Shown piece by piece: positions 1 through 12,809 of a DNA stretch of 34,582 bases. Source of the stretch: a virus. The stretch is from UHGV virus genome UHGV-0129090; one strand, written 5' to 3'. Every line of letters begins with the position of its first letter. The first letter of the stretch is position 1. Under the pieces are notes generated by a model. It searched no databases and was not told the DNA's origin. It worked only from the letters and a program-made list of their open reading frames with translations. The position numbers were made by a program, and so were the translations under genes.

Positions 1-1
1 C

Positions 2-676
2 GTGTTTATTGGTTTTGATTACGGTACAGCAAACTGTTCAGTGGCGGTCATGCGTGACGGTAAACCGCATTTGCTAAAAATGGAAAACGACAGCACGCTG
101 CTGCCTTCAATGCTTTGCGCGCCAACGCGTGAAGCGGTAAGCGAATGGCTGTACCGCCATCATGATGTTCCGGCAGACGACGATGAAACGCAGGCGCTGT
201 TACGTCGGGCGATTCGTTATAACCGCGAAGAAGATATCGATGTTACGGCGAAAAGCGTGCAGTTCGGTCTTTCCTCACTGGCACAGTACATTGATGATCC
301 AGAAGAAGTGTGGTTTGTGAAATCACCAAAATCGTTCCTCGGTGCCAGCGGCTTAAAACCGCAGCAGGTAGCGCTGTTTGAGGATCTGGTCTGCGCAATG
401 ATGTTGCACATTCGCCAGCAGGCGCAGGCACAGCTGCCAGAAGCGATTACTCAGGCGGTGATTGGTCGTCCGATCAACTTCCAGGGGCTGGGCGGTGATG
501 AAGCAAACACCCAGGCGCAAGGGATTCTGGAACGCGCGGCGAAGCGTGCCGGATTCAGGGACGTGGTATTCCAGTACGAGCCGGTCGCGGCTGGGCTGGA
601 TTACGAAGCCACCTTGCAGGAAGAAAAACGGGTGCTGGTGGTGGATATCGGCGGTGGTACGACTGACTGTTCGTAG
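2..676 (+). pseudogene. yegD: yegD 5' fragment (actin/Hsp70-fold ATPase family protein), truncated by prophage insertion
   Basis: The ORF translates to MFIGFDYGTANCSVAVMRDGKPHLL...VLVVDIGGGTTDCS. I recognise this as the N-terminal half of E. coli YegD (DYGT and DIGGGTTD phosphate-binding motifs). The frame is closed by a TAG at 674-676 supplied by the inserted DNA. The rest of the protein resumes at 33844-34532. Confidence 0.9.
666..672. repeat. attL core: 7-bp identity ACTGTTC shared with attR
   Basis: ACTGTTC occurs exactly at both host/phage composition breaks (666-672 and 33844-33850). Joining 672 to 33851 restores ...GGT ACG ACT GAC TGT TCA TTG CTG CTG ATG..., which reads GTTDCSLLLM, an uninterrupted yegD frame. 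Confidence 0.75.
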
Positions 677-719
677 TTGGTAAAGTATGTACGCCACGGA
701 AAACGAAGCAAATCACCCA

Positions 720-1013
720 CTAAATGCCACCAATCAAGACCATTAAGATCCTGAAAATTGGTTCTAATGGTAACTGTATTAGTGCGATCCCTAACCAGTC
801 GGCAAAAGGGATAATTATATAAGAATATAAAATAATTAGCGTTAAAACCATCCCCAGCACATTACGCCAATGAATACTATTTCTCTCTACTTCTATTTTG
901 TTTAGTTCTATTTGTCCATCTTCTTTTTTTACTTCTACTTCATGCTCTACTATCTTCGTTTTAGTAAAATAACCTACGGCGACCTTTACTAATTCTACTA
1001 TGACATTAATCAT
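720..1013 (-). CDS. Small membrane protein, possible holin (3-TM, GTA/HK97-cluster type)
   Basis: 97 aa. A charged N-terminal segment (HEVEVKKEDGQIELNKIEVERNS) is followed by an HWRN motif and two to three hydrophobic spans (VLGMVLTLIILYSYIIIPF, IALIQLPL, ILMVLIGGI). It is the last gene before attL and overlaps the upstream gene by 4 nt. The family assignment is from memory only. Confidence 0.35.
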   Translation of the reverse strand: MINVIVELVKVAVGYFTKTKIVEHEVEVKKEDGQIELNKIEVERNSIHWRNVLGMVLTLIILYSYIIIPFADWLGIALIQLPLEPIFRILMVLIGGI

Positions 1014-1330
1014 TTTTTTACTCCTATTACGTATTGGAAGAATTTTCTACCCTTTACACTTAGGAAGTGAGAGCCTAATAGAACTACTTCAAATGGAACA
1101 CCCTTATAAGTCCATGTAAGAGTATCGCCATCTTTCCATTGATCTTGTTTATAGCAAAATACTACATTCATATAAGACAATATATCCGGTGCAAAGGCTT
1201 TTATATTCTTTTTTATTTTTTTATTATCTAGCTGAAAAAGTTCGAACTGGTAGGAGTTACCAAAAGGGGTAACTCCATCAAGTGTAATTTCTGATACTTC
1301 TTCGCCATAGTGATGATCTTCTAAATTCAT
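1010..1330 (-). CDS. Hypothetical protein (106 aa)
   Basis: The ORF is in tight operon spacing: a 3-nt gap to the upstream gene and a 4-nt overlap with the downstream gene. I recognised no motif. Confidence 0.6.
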   Translation of the reverse strand: MNLEDHHYGEEVSEITLDGVTPFGNSYQFELFQLDNKKIKKNIKAFAPDILSYMNVVFCYKQDQWKDGDTLTWTYKGVPFEVVLLGSHFLSVKGRKFFQYVIGVKK

Positions 1331-1333
1331 TTA

Positions 1334-2839
<1,506 letters not shown>

Positions 2840-2848
2840 GAAATAATG

Positions 2849-2877
2849 AAGGGGCAAAACGCCCCTTTATTTTTTTT
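2849..2877 (+). terminator. Rho-independent terminator after the endolysin gene
   Basis: AAGGGGC-AAAAC-GCCCCTT (stem 2849-2855 / 2861-2867) is followed by a long T-run to 2877. It lies at the convergence point with the minus-strand 88-aa gene. Confidence 0.7.
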
Positions 2878-3133
2878 CTAATATTGCTATCACACGTTCA
2901 ATCTTTAGATCCATTGAATGAATCTGAGAACGTAAATCATTAAGTGCGAACTCTAGATCGTCCTGACCCTTTTCTAACCTTTCTACATCTGATTTAGTAT
3001 GTACTAAGTCGGACTCGATTTTAGCTAGTCGTGATTCAACTGATTTTAAGTCTGCTGATTTATCTCTAATGATATTCCAGACAAAAGCACCTAACGCTAT
3101 TATGACGGCAATAATACTTTCCCATCCTGCCAT
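2867..3133 (-). CDS. N-terminally membrane-anchored coiled-coil protein (88 aa); possible i-spanin-like or holin-related lysis factor
   Basis: MAGWESIIAVIIALGAFVWNII is a single TM segment. It is followed by heptad-like charged sequence (LKSVESRLAKIESDLVHTKSDVERLEKGQDDLEFALNDLRSQI). The gene converges on the endolysin gene. I found no embedded or adjacent lipoprotein (o-spanin) ORF. Confidence 0.4.
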   Translation of the reverse strand: MAGWESIIAVIIALGAFVWNIIRDKSADLKSVESRLAKIESDLVHTKSDVERLEKGQDDLEFALNDLRSQIHSMDLKIERVIAILEKK

Positions 3134-3160
3134 ATAATAGACCCTATTTTTTATATTTTA

Positions 3161-3189
3161 TAGTTACTATTATTTAGTATTAGTTACTA
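3161..3189. promoter_or_regulatory. Two copies of the 9-bp palindrome TAGTTACTA spaced 20 bp apart, upstream of the 88-aa gene
   Basis: TAGTTACTA occurs at 3161-3169 and 3181-3189 in the 67-bp gap between the 215-aa and 88-aa genes. The same palindrome (TAGTnACTA) recurs in the 28.7-kb divergent promoter region. Confidence 0.3.
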
Positions 3190-3200
3190 ATCGAATTATA

Positions 3201-3848
3201 TTAATAGCCAGTAAATGAAGCTAGAGCAATCTGTACTTGTGCTGACCCCATCGCCTGAGCGTAAGTCATTTGGTTTTTGTTAACGTACTGTAAAGTGAAA
3301 GACGTAGAACTATTTCGCCTAATCATAATCCCACTATAACCAGTAGTTGCCCCGTCATCCGATAAGTTGCCAGGACACTGACTAATACAGATCCACGGAT
3401 CGGCAAACGGTGTAGTTAGTGTCAATGCCGTACCTAAGTTATGACCAGCCGGAATAGTAAAGAAGCCACGAATACGCGGCATTGTTGCAGCACTTGCCGC
3501 CGACCATATAAGAGTACCAGCACTATTACGTACATCTAGATAACCAGATGTAAGAGCCGTAGTATTATTACTGAGCATGAATCTACCGCTACCTGCTTCA
3601 TACATCGATGCACCCGGAAAACAATATTTTCCATTCGTTTGCAATTGAAACCAGCGTAATCCAGTATTGGGGAAAAAGTTTAAAGCGAGATAGCCCAATG
3701 TTGAGCCATTACCAAATGATGAGTTTATTGTATAGTAACCAATATCGGATAAACTACCCATTGCTTTGACAGAAGACATAACAATAGCTCTATTATCTGA
3801 ATCTATTGTTAGTTTACCTGCTGAGTTGTAACATTGAAAACCTGACAT
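3201..3848 (-). CDS. Hypothetical protein (215 aa), paralogous at its N-terminus to the upstream 98-aa protein; probable tail-tip accessory
   Basis: MSGFQCYNSAGKLTIDSDN can be compared with MAQGLQCWNASGVLVVDLGD in the neighbour. Both also have a later C(F/I)PG motif. The gene lies downstream of the J-like gene. Confidence 0.5.
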   Translation of the reverse strand: MSGFQCYNSAGKLTIDSDNRAIVMSSVKAMGSLSDIGYYTINSSFGNGSTLGYLALNFFPNTGLRWFQLQTNGKYCFPGASMYEAGSGRFMLSNNTTALTSGYLDVRNSAGTLIWSAASAATMPRIRGFFTIPAGHNLGTALTLTTPFADPWICISQCPGNLSDDGATTGYSGIMIRRNSSTSFTLQYVNKNQMTYAQAMGSAQVQIALASFTGY

Positions 3849-3857
3849 TATTAATCC

Positions 3858-4154
3858 TTATTCAAATGCGTATATATCGAAAGTTAAAGTTTGTGCCATT
3901 ACATATCCAGTAGGAATATGACGTACTGAAAAAGAGTTAGTGCCAGGAATACAATAGAAATCCGTCCAATATTGAGAAGTACGGGCAATTGCTAACCATC
4001 CAGTCGGACGCATACCATTAAAAGCTACACTCCATGTAGTCGTAGTACCTGCTGCAATAGCTAATGACGCAGTACCCATATAACGCATATTATAATCGCC
4101 TAAATCTACTACCAGTACACCGGAAGCATTCCAGCATTGTAGACCCTGAGCCAT
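3858..4154 (-). CDS. Hypothetical protein (98 aa), paralog of the N-terminal part of the 215-aa protein
   Basis: It shares the G(F/L)QC(Y/W)N(S/A)(A/S)G.L..D opening and the CxPG motif. It overlaps the upstream gene by 1 nt. Confidence 0.5.
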   Translation of the reverse strand: MAQGLQCWNASGVLVVDLGDYNMRYMGTASLAIAAGTTTTWSVAFNGMRPTGWLAIARTSQYWTDFYCIPGTNSFSVRHIPTGYVMAQTLTFDIYAFE

Positions 4155-4339
4155 TATTCACTATCTCCCTGCTGTTGTTCTTCTTCATCTGTCTGTACTA
4201 GTAATTGTGGTAATTCATCCCACGAACAATGACCAGCTTTTAGAATTAAAAAACCTTCTGCCTCTGCCATTTGTACATCGTCGGCAGTTAGCATCAGTCC
4301 CATGATTTGATGATCTGAATTGTAAATAAATTGATACAT
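4154..4339 (-). CDS. Hypothetical acidic protein (61 aa from MYQFIYN)
   Basis: I chose the ATG at 4339 because GGAGA lies 8 nt upstream and the terminator-like hairpin after the J gene sits upstream of it. The C-terminus is acidic (TDEEEQQQGDSE). Confidence 0.5.
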   Translation of the reverse strand: MYQFIYNSDHQIMGLMLTADDVQMAEAEGFLILKAGHCSWDELPQLLVQTDEEEQQQGDSE

Positions 4340-4352
4340 TATTATTATCTCC

Positions 4353-4390
4353 AATAAAAAGGGGGAAGAGATTAATTTCACTTCCCCTTT
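4353..4390 (-). terminator. Hairpin plus T-run immediately after the J-like gene
   Basis: On the minus strand, AAAGGGGAAG-(loop)-CTTCCCCCTTT (10-bp stem with one bulge; plus coordinates 4358-4368 / 4381-4390) is followed by TTTTTATT. Confidence 0.55.
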
Positions 4391-4395
4391 ATTTA

Positions 4396-8089
<3,694 letters not shown>

Positions 8090-8090
<1 letters not shown>

Positions 8091-8725
8091 TAGTTCATCT
8101 TCCATGTTTGGTTAGCTTGGTTTACCTGTCCTAGTAGTGACATAAACTCATCGCCTGGGTAATATGATTGATATACGCTATTACTTGCAATAGTACGTGT
8201 CTGAACGTCTAGTTTTTGGAATATACTATTTACGTTTACTGTCATCTCTGTTTTTCCATCAATTGGGTTAGCTACTGCCTGACAGTAGTCAATGAATCCA
8301 GAGAACATCAACATTTGATAGAGTGGTGTAGTAGTATAGGGATCAAGGATTACCATATAGATATTAATTTTAGCTTTGAATAGACCACCTGAGAGAGCAA
8401 GCATCTGTACTGAGTTATCAATATTACTTACTTTAAAAGAGATGGCATTATTACTAATTCCTTTTTCTTCGCTAAATGCTGGTAGTGAGTCCTGCACAAT
8501 ATCGGGGAATGATAGATAAGTTACACTATTCATATTGATATTAATAAAAGCATCAGTCCAGTGAATGCCATTTGCATTTTTTGGGAATACATCAAAACAT
8601 GTTACGTGTTGCCCCATACTCATAATCTCTTGATCTGATAATTTAGTTTTTGGTGCACCACTATTACGGGTTAAATTCCAATACTTTAGAAGATTGGCAT
8701 TAGTCGAGATTGTATCAAGTGCCAT
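8090..8725 (-). CDS. Minor tail protein, lambda gpL-like (tail tip hub component)
   Basis: About 211 aa, sitting after the M/Dit-like gene. The sequence pattern (TYLSFPDIVQDSLPAFSEEKGISNNAISFKVSNIDNSVQMLALSGGLFKAKINIYMVIL) is consistent with the gpL family as I remember it. A TAATG overlap with the upstream gene marks the start. Confidence 0.55.
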
Positions 8726-9279
8726 TAGAGATTCTCCCATACTGTTAATTTTTGGGTAGTAACGTTAGTAACTGGACAAACGTATGTATTCTCGGCTTTA
8801 AGGATGCCTGTCATTGTAATATTGCTGTACTTGATGATCTCACCACTTGCCACGCTCTGGCGTAATGCTGGGAAGATAGTAATGCTAGTATTAGTACGGT
8901 CAATAATGGAATAGATCTTTGTATGGTTGGTAAACTGGATACGGTCACCCACACGTAAAGACTGAGTAGATGTATTGATAGTTGCACTACCTGCCGCTTT
9001 CGCTGCGGTACTGGTAACTGCTGCCGATTGAGTACCCGTATAGGTTGATAGGTGTCCTAAATCCATTTGAAATGGTTTACCCAATGAATGGAGTGCTAAA
9101 AACTGGTCTACTTCGTGACGATCTGAAATATTATAGGTTAGTGTAAATTCTGCTTCATAGTATTGTATTCCAGTCCCACGCTGTAAAACTTTACCTGTCC
9201 ATGATTGGTGTTCATACATTGGCTGCGTAGATTTCAAACTGAATCCAGATACTTTAATTGCTTTAGTAAAGTTAATCAT
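8725..9279 (-). CDS. Distal tail / minor tail protein (gpM-position, 184 aa)
   Basis: This is the first gene after the tape measure gene. The C-terminal pattern RVGDRIQFTNHTKIYSIIDRT...ITIFPALRQSVASGEII is typical of distal tail proteins of HK97/GTA-like clusters. Confidence 0.5.
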   Translation of the reverse strand: MINFTKAIKVSGFSLKSTQPMYEHQSWTGKVLQRGTGIQYYEAEFTLTYNISDRHEVDQFLALHSLGKPFQMDLGHLSTYTGTQSAAVTSTAAKAAGSATINTSTQSLRVGDRIQFTNHTKIYSIIDRTNTSITIFPALRQSVASGEIIKYSNITMTGILKAENTYVCPVTNVTTQKLTVWENL

Positions 9280-9346
9280 TTTAAATTCCTTTTATAGATT
9301 TCTATTATATTTATACGAATAAAGGGAGCCTAAGCCCCCTTTATAA

Positions 9347-11545
9347 TTATGAGTTACGTTTCTGTGAATCACGCACCGCCTGTACAATACTGTTTTGATG
9401 TTTCTTCAATTTTTCTTGGAATTGTTTATCATCATCACTACCATATACATATAATGGGGCATTGATAATAGTATCACCACCCATAGTACCGCCGCCTTTT
9501 TCCTGATTATCTAGGAAGTTAGTTAGCTTTTTGTTAGCTTCTGGTTGTACTACGCGTTCACCTGCTTTCAGTACGAAAGACTTATTATCTAGAGATGAGT
9601 CTAGCTCGTCTACGCCGCCGTGGAATTGTCCTGCACTTGCACCCTTTGCGGTACTAATGATAGACATACCCATAGCTGCAATCTGTGCGTATGCTGGTAT
9701 GTTCTGTGGGAATCCTAGAGCCAATGCACCCGCTAGAGCCTCTTGTATCTTCATTATGGTCATACTAATGGTGATACCCTTCTGTACTGCAAATGCTGCC
9801 TGTGCTGCCCCGCTAGACTCACCAAAAGCCGCCGCCATACCGTTACCTATTTCTGTAAATGCAGATTCAGTACCTTCTAGTAGTTGCATAGTTTCTTGGT
9901 GCTGGATTTCTACGGCACGTTGTGCATATTTGGCAGTGATTGCCGCTTTACGCTTTTCGAATGATTCCTTATCCTGAATTAGTAGTTCGTTCTGCTTTAA
10001 TAGTGCATCACGTTCTTTATTCATTGCTTCCATATCATATGAAGTAGTATCTAGTCCTAACTGTTGGTCTAGTTGATTACCAATAAAGGCTTGTCCTGCT
10101 GCCCCAACTTGTCCACTAGCTAATAGAGCGTTCTGATCATTGATAGTCTTATTTGGATCACTAAATCCCAACATATCATTAATCATTTTTAAACGTCCGG
10201 CTGCACCTGCTGTAACTTGATCGTTAAGTATCTGGCGTAGTTTCTCGTCTGATAGTCCTAGTGTTTTTGCACTCTTCTTGATAGTTTCTACTATCTCTTT
10301 TTGCTGGCGTTCAAACTCTGCTAATTGACGCTCATTAGTACCGGTAGTCTGATCTACTAAGATTTTATCTAGTGCTTTCTGTGCGGCTATTTGCTCATCT
10401 GCTGCTTTCTTACGTGCGGCTGCTGCTGCCTTTGCTGCTGCGTCGGCTGCCTTCTTCGCTTTGTCTGCTGCTTCCTGAGCTTTTTTCTTCTGCTTCCACT
10501 CATCTTCATTTTTTGGGCCGAATAATAATGAGTAGTTTCTATCACCTTCTTCTTTATTCTTTTTAAGCCATGCTTCATTACGTCGCTGTTCTTCTGCTGC
10601 TGCTTTTTCTGCTGCTGCATCACCGGACGCCCACTTATAAGCATTCTCAACCGCCCCTAATGGTGTAATTAGTTTTAGTACGTCATAAGCCGCCCATGAC
10701 TTTTTAATAAGTGAGTCAAAAAAGTCTGTAGGTGCTTCTTCACCAAATGCATCAACTAAATTAACCGTAGCTTGTACGATGGGGGTTAGTACATCTACTA
10801 GGTAATTTTGACCAGTAGTAGATAGTTTATCTAAATTATCATCCAGCTTTTTAAATGCCTTTGCTTGGTCTTCGGTAATTGCGGTTTGTTGATCCTGAAT
10901 ATGCTGTAGTGCTTCTGCTTCATTACTATAATCTGACAGTACCGTAGCTAGTCTAGATCCATTACTCGCTACAGCTTCCATTGCGTAGGTTATCTCGGCC
11001 TGAGTTTTTCCAGCTTCACGTAGTTTATAGTAAAGGGATATCATTGCTTCAATACCACCATTAGCTTTACCTACGTATTTTGTAAAGTCATTAACGTTTA
11101 AGCCCATTTCTTCGATTACTGTTACAAACTCACCAGTACCGGCAGCATAGCCTTCACCCATTTTATCAGATGTATCTTGTGAAATATCCGCTAGACCTTC
11201 GGCATCAATACCAGTTGCTCTAAATGCCTTCTGTAATTTCTGTAGTTGAGTGATTGATATACCACTACGCGTTGAAAGTTGGTTTAATTCACTTACTAGT
11301 CCATTAACCTTTAGTGTTAGTGCTGCTACGGCAGTTCCTGCTGATACTGCAACACCTGCTACACCTAAGATACCTTTACTTAGAGTACCGAATACTTGAC
11401 TAGTATTTGAAGCAACACCACCCAAAGCACCACCAGTTTTCTTACCAAACTGATTAATCTTATTTTCTGCTTCCTGTAGTGATTTCGATAATCCGGTACT
11501 GTCACCAGTTATCACTACTTTAATTTCATCGTCCTTCTTTGCCAT
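9347..11545 (-). CDS. Tail tape measure protein (732 aa)
   Basis: It lies directly after the G/G-T chaperone pair. It has long Ala/Lys/Glu/Gln-rich helical regions (AAEKAAAEEQRRNEAWLKKNKEE...KAKKAADAAAKAAAAARKKAADEQIAAQKAL) and hydrophobic Gly/Ala segments. Confidence 0.85.
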   Translation of the reverse strand: MAKKDDEIKVVITGDSTGLSKSLQEAENKINQFGKKTGGALGGVASNTSQVFGTLSKGILGVAGVAVSAGTAVAALTLKVNGLVSELNQLSTRSGISITQLQKLQKAFRATGIDAEGLADISQDTSDKMGEGYAAGTGEFVTVIEEMGLNVNDFTKYVGKANGGIEAMISLYYKLREAGKTQAEITYAMEAVASNGSRLATVLSDYSNEAEALQHIQDQQTAITEDQAKAFKKLDDNLDKLSTTGQNYLVDVLTPIVQATVNLVDAFGEEAPTDFFDSLIKKSWAAYDVLKLITPLGAVENAYKWASGDAAAEKAAAEEQRRNEAWLKKNKEEGDRNYSLLFGPKNEDEWKQKKKAQEAADKAKKAADAAAKAAAAARKKAADEQIAAQKALDKILVDQTTGTNERQLAEFERQQKEIVETIKKSAKTLGLSDEKLRQILNDQVTAGAAGRLKMINDMLGFSDPNKTINDQNALLASGQVGAAGQAFIGNQLDQQLGLDTTSYDMEAMNKERDALLKQNELLIQDKESFEKRKAAITAKYAQRAVEIQHQETMQLLEGTESAFTEIGNGMAAAFGESSGAAQAAFAVQKGITISMTIMKIQEALAGALALGFPQNIPAYAQIAAMGMSIISTAKGASAGQFHGGVDELDSSLDNKSFVLKAGERVVQPEANKKLTNFLDNQEKGGGTMGGDTIINAPLYVYGSDDDKQFQEKLKKHQNSIVQAVRDSQKRNS

Positions 11546-11546
11546 T

Positions 11547-12229
11547 TTATTTCTTTCCTTGTTTTGCTAGGTTTTTAATGTATTCCCCCATGCGATCAAT
11601 ATCAGATGATTGCTTTTTGACAGAATTTTGTTTTCTCTTTTCCGCACGTTCTTTCGTAGTTAGAGAATCATCAAGTATATCTAGAAAATCAAAATCAGAA
11701 TAAGATAGACCCTTTTTATAGTCCGGTGATAGCTGCGAGTACATAGCCATTAGATAGCATGTATGAGTATGATATAACATTTGCATTCTTTCGGCCTTAC
11801 TACTCATACAGGTTTTATAGACCCTGATAGCCATAAACAAATCAGGATCTAAATCTTCCATCTCACTAATACTAATTCCGTTAGTAGTGATTAATTCTAG
11901 ATATGTGCGTAGCTCGTGATCCTCGATTATTTTTTTTCGATTTCGTCCTGAATATCTTCGGGATCTTTATAGAGTTCGATGATTGCGAGATAGATTTTTG
12001 ATACGTGTTCGGAATCTAACGCATTGAGGTTAATACGTCCTTCGATATCTTCGGTACTGAAAATTGGATCGCCATTTTCATCGCAAGTACATACTACTAC
12101 TGCTTTTAGTGGGTTGTTTAGTGCTTCGATATCCTTTGAACGTGCACGATGAATATAGATAATCTCGCCTTCAATTTCGTATGCGTGTTTTTTTGGAGAT
12201 AGTTTTTTTAGAATGTTCTGTAGATTCAT
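11547..12229 (-). CDS. Tail assembly chaperone G-T analogue made by programmed -1 frameshift
   Basis: I translated this by hand. After a -1 slip on A AAA AAA, the reading continues ATA ATC GAG GAT CAC GAG CTA CGC ACA TAT CTA GAA TTA ATC ACT ACT AAC GGA ATT AGT ATT AGT GAG ATG GAA GAT... There is no stop, and it runs straight into the 104-aa ORF (MEDLDPDLF...), which ends at 11547. Confidence 0.7.
11927..12229 (-). CDS. Tail assembly chaperone, gpG analogue (100 aa)
   Basis: It sits between the major tail and tape measure genes. It ends ...GAA ATC GAA AAA AAA TAA, so a slippery run lies at its 3' end. Confidence 0.75.
   Translation of the reverse strand: MNLQNILKKLSPKKHAYEIEGEIIYIHRARSKDIEALNNPLKAVVVCTCDENGDPIFSTEDIEGRINLNALDSEHVSKIYLAIIELYKDPEDIQDEIEKK
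11930..11937 (-). promoter_or_regulatory. Slippery sequence (8 consecutive A on the coding strand; A AAA AAA heptamer) for the G/G-T -1 frameshift
   Basis: The plus strand has T8 at 11930-11937. On the minus strand the run is in frame as GA[A AAA AAA] TAA. Confidence 0.7.
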
Positions 12230-12249
12230 GTTTATAATTCCTGTGTAAA

Positions 12250-12284
12250 ATAAAAAAAAGAGTGTGGATCACTCCATCACTCTT
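12250..12284 (-). terminator. Rho-independent terminator/attenuator after the major tail gene
   Basis: On the minus strand, AAGAGTG-(13 nt)-CACTCTT (plus 12258-12264 / 12278-12284) is followed by TTTTTTTTATTTT. Confidence 0.65.
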
Positions 12285-12292
12285 ATTTATTC

Positions 12293-12751
12293 TTAAGCAT
12301 TAATACCGGATTGAATAGGACCGCCATCTACCGCTAGTGTGAATGCCTTAGTAACTACTTCATCTTTACTACCTGCAATCAAGTTAGCAGATACGAAAGC
12401 GTTATAGATTACAAAGAAGCCACTAGAACGGGTAGCGTTTTCGTAGTAGGTGATTTTAACCTGAGTACGTACCTGATCGTCTGCGAGTCGTTCTAGCTTC
12501 TGGTGTACTGCGTTATCTGCTAGATAGTTAACAGTTAGTTCGATATCTGGGATTGATTTAGTACCTAGTAGCTTACGGTTATAAGCGGAGTTATAAGTAA
12601 CAACATCAATAACAGTAGATTCAAAACCACTGGTAGCAAAGGTTGCCACTTCTGGGATTTCTTGAAAATCTGCGGCAGCGGTAGAGCTACCAGCGGTATA
12701 AGTGCCTAACTCTACTTTTAGGTTAGCACCAGTCATAATAGACATAGCCAT
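12293..12751 (-). CDS. Major tail tube protein (152 aa)
   Basis: It lies immediately upstream of the G/G-T chaperones. Size and beta-rich sequence are typical of siphovirus tube proteins. A terminator follows, which fits a highly expressed gene. Confidence 0.75.
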   Translation of the reverse strand: MAMSIMTGANLKVELGTYTAGSSTAAADFQEIPEVATFATSGFESTVIDVVTYNSAYNRKLLGTKSIPDIELTVNYLADNAVHQKLERLADDQVRTQVKITYYENATRSSGFFVIYNAFVSANLIAGSKDEVVTKAFTLAVDGGPIQSGINA

Positions 12752-12809
12752 ATTTTTTATTTCCTTATATAAGTTGGATTAGTAGGGAAGTCCATTCCCT
12801 ACCGTTTAT

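Noticed and set aside
217-697. Minus- and plus-strand ORFs overlapping the yegD 5' fragment (217-411, 243-431, 353-697, 462-683)
   Set aside because: These are GC-rich shadow ORFs inside a confidently recognised host gene.
660-720. tRNA or tmRNA gene at the attachment site, the usual target of many integrases
   Set aside because: No cloverleaf-compatible sequence lies at either junction. The target is clearly the yegD coding sequence.
2867-3133. Search for an embedded Rz1-like o-spanin lipoprotein inside the 88-aa TM/coiled-coil gene
   Set aside because: Hand translation of the alternative frames gave only a 19-codon ORF (MGKYYCRHNSVRCFCLEYH) with no signal peptide or lipobox. No o-spanin is called.
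9300-9346. Hairpin AAAGGG-N10-CCCTTT between the tape measure and distal tail genes as a terminator
   Set aside because: The stem is short, the loop is long, and no T-run follows on the coding (minus) strand. Termination here would also uncouple essential tail genes. I do not call it.
9531-10650. ORFs 9531-9977 (+), 10372-10566 (+) and 10387-10650 (-) within the tape measure gene
   Set aside because: These are shadows of the Ala/Lys/Gln-rich repetitive coding sequence, which explains the L/S-rich and K/Q/R-rich translations. There are no independent signals.
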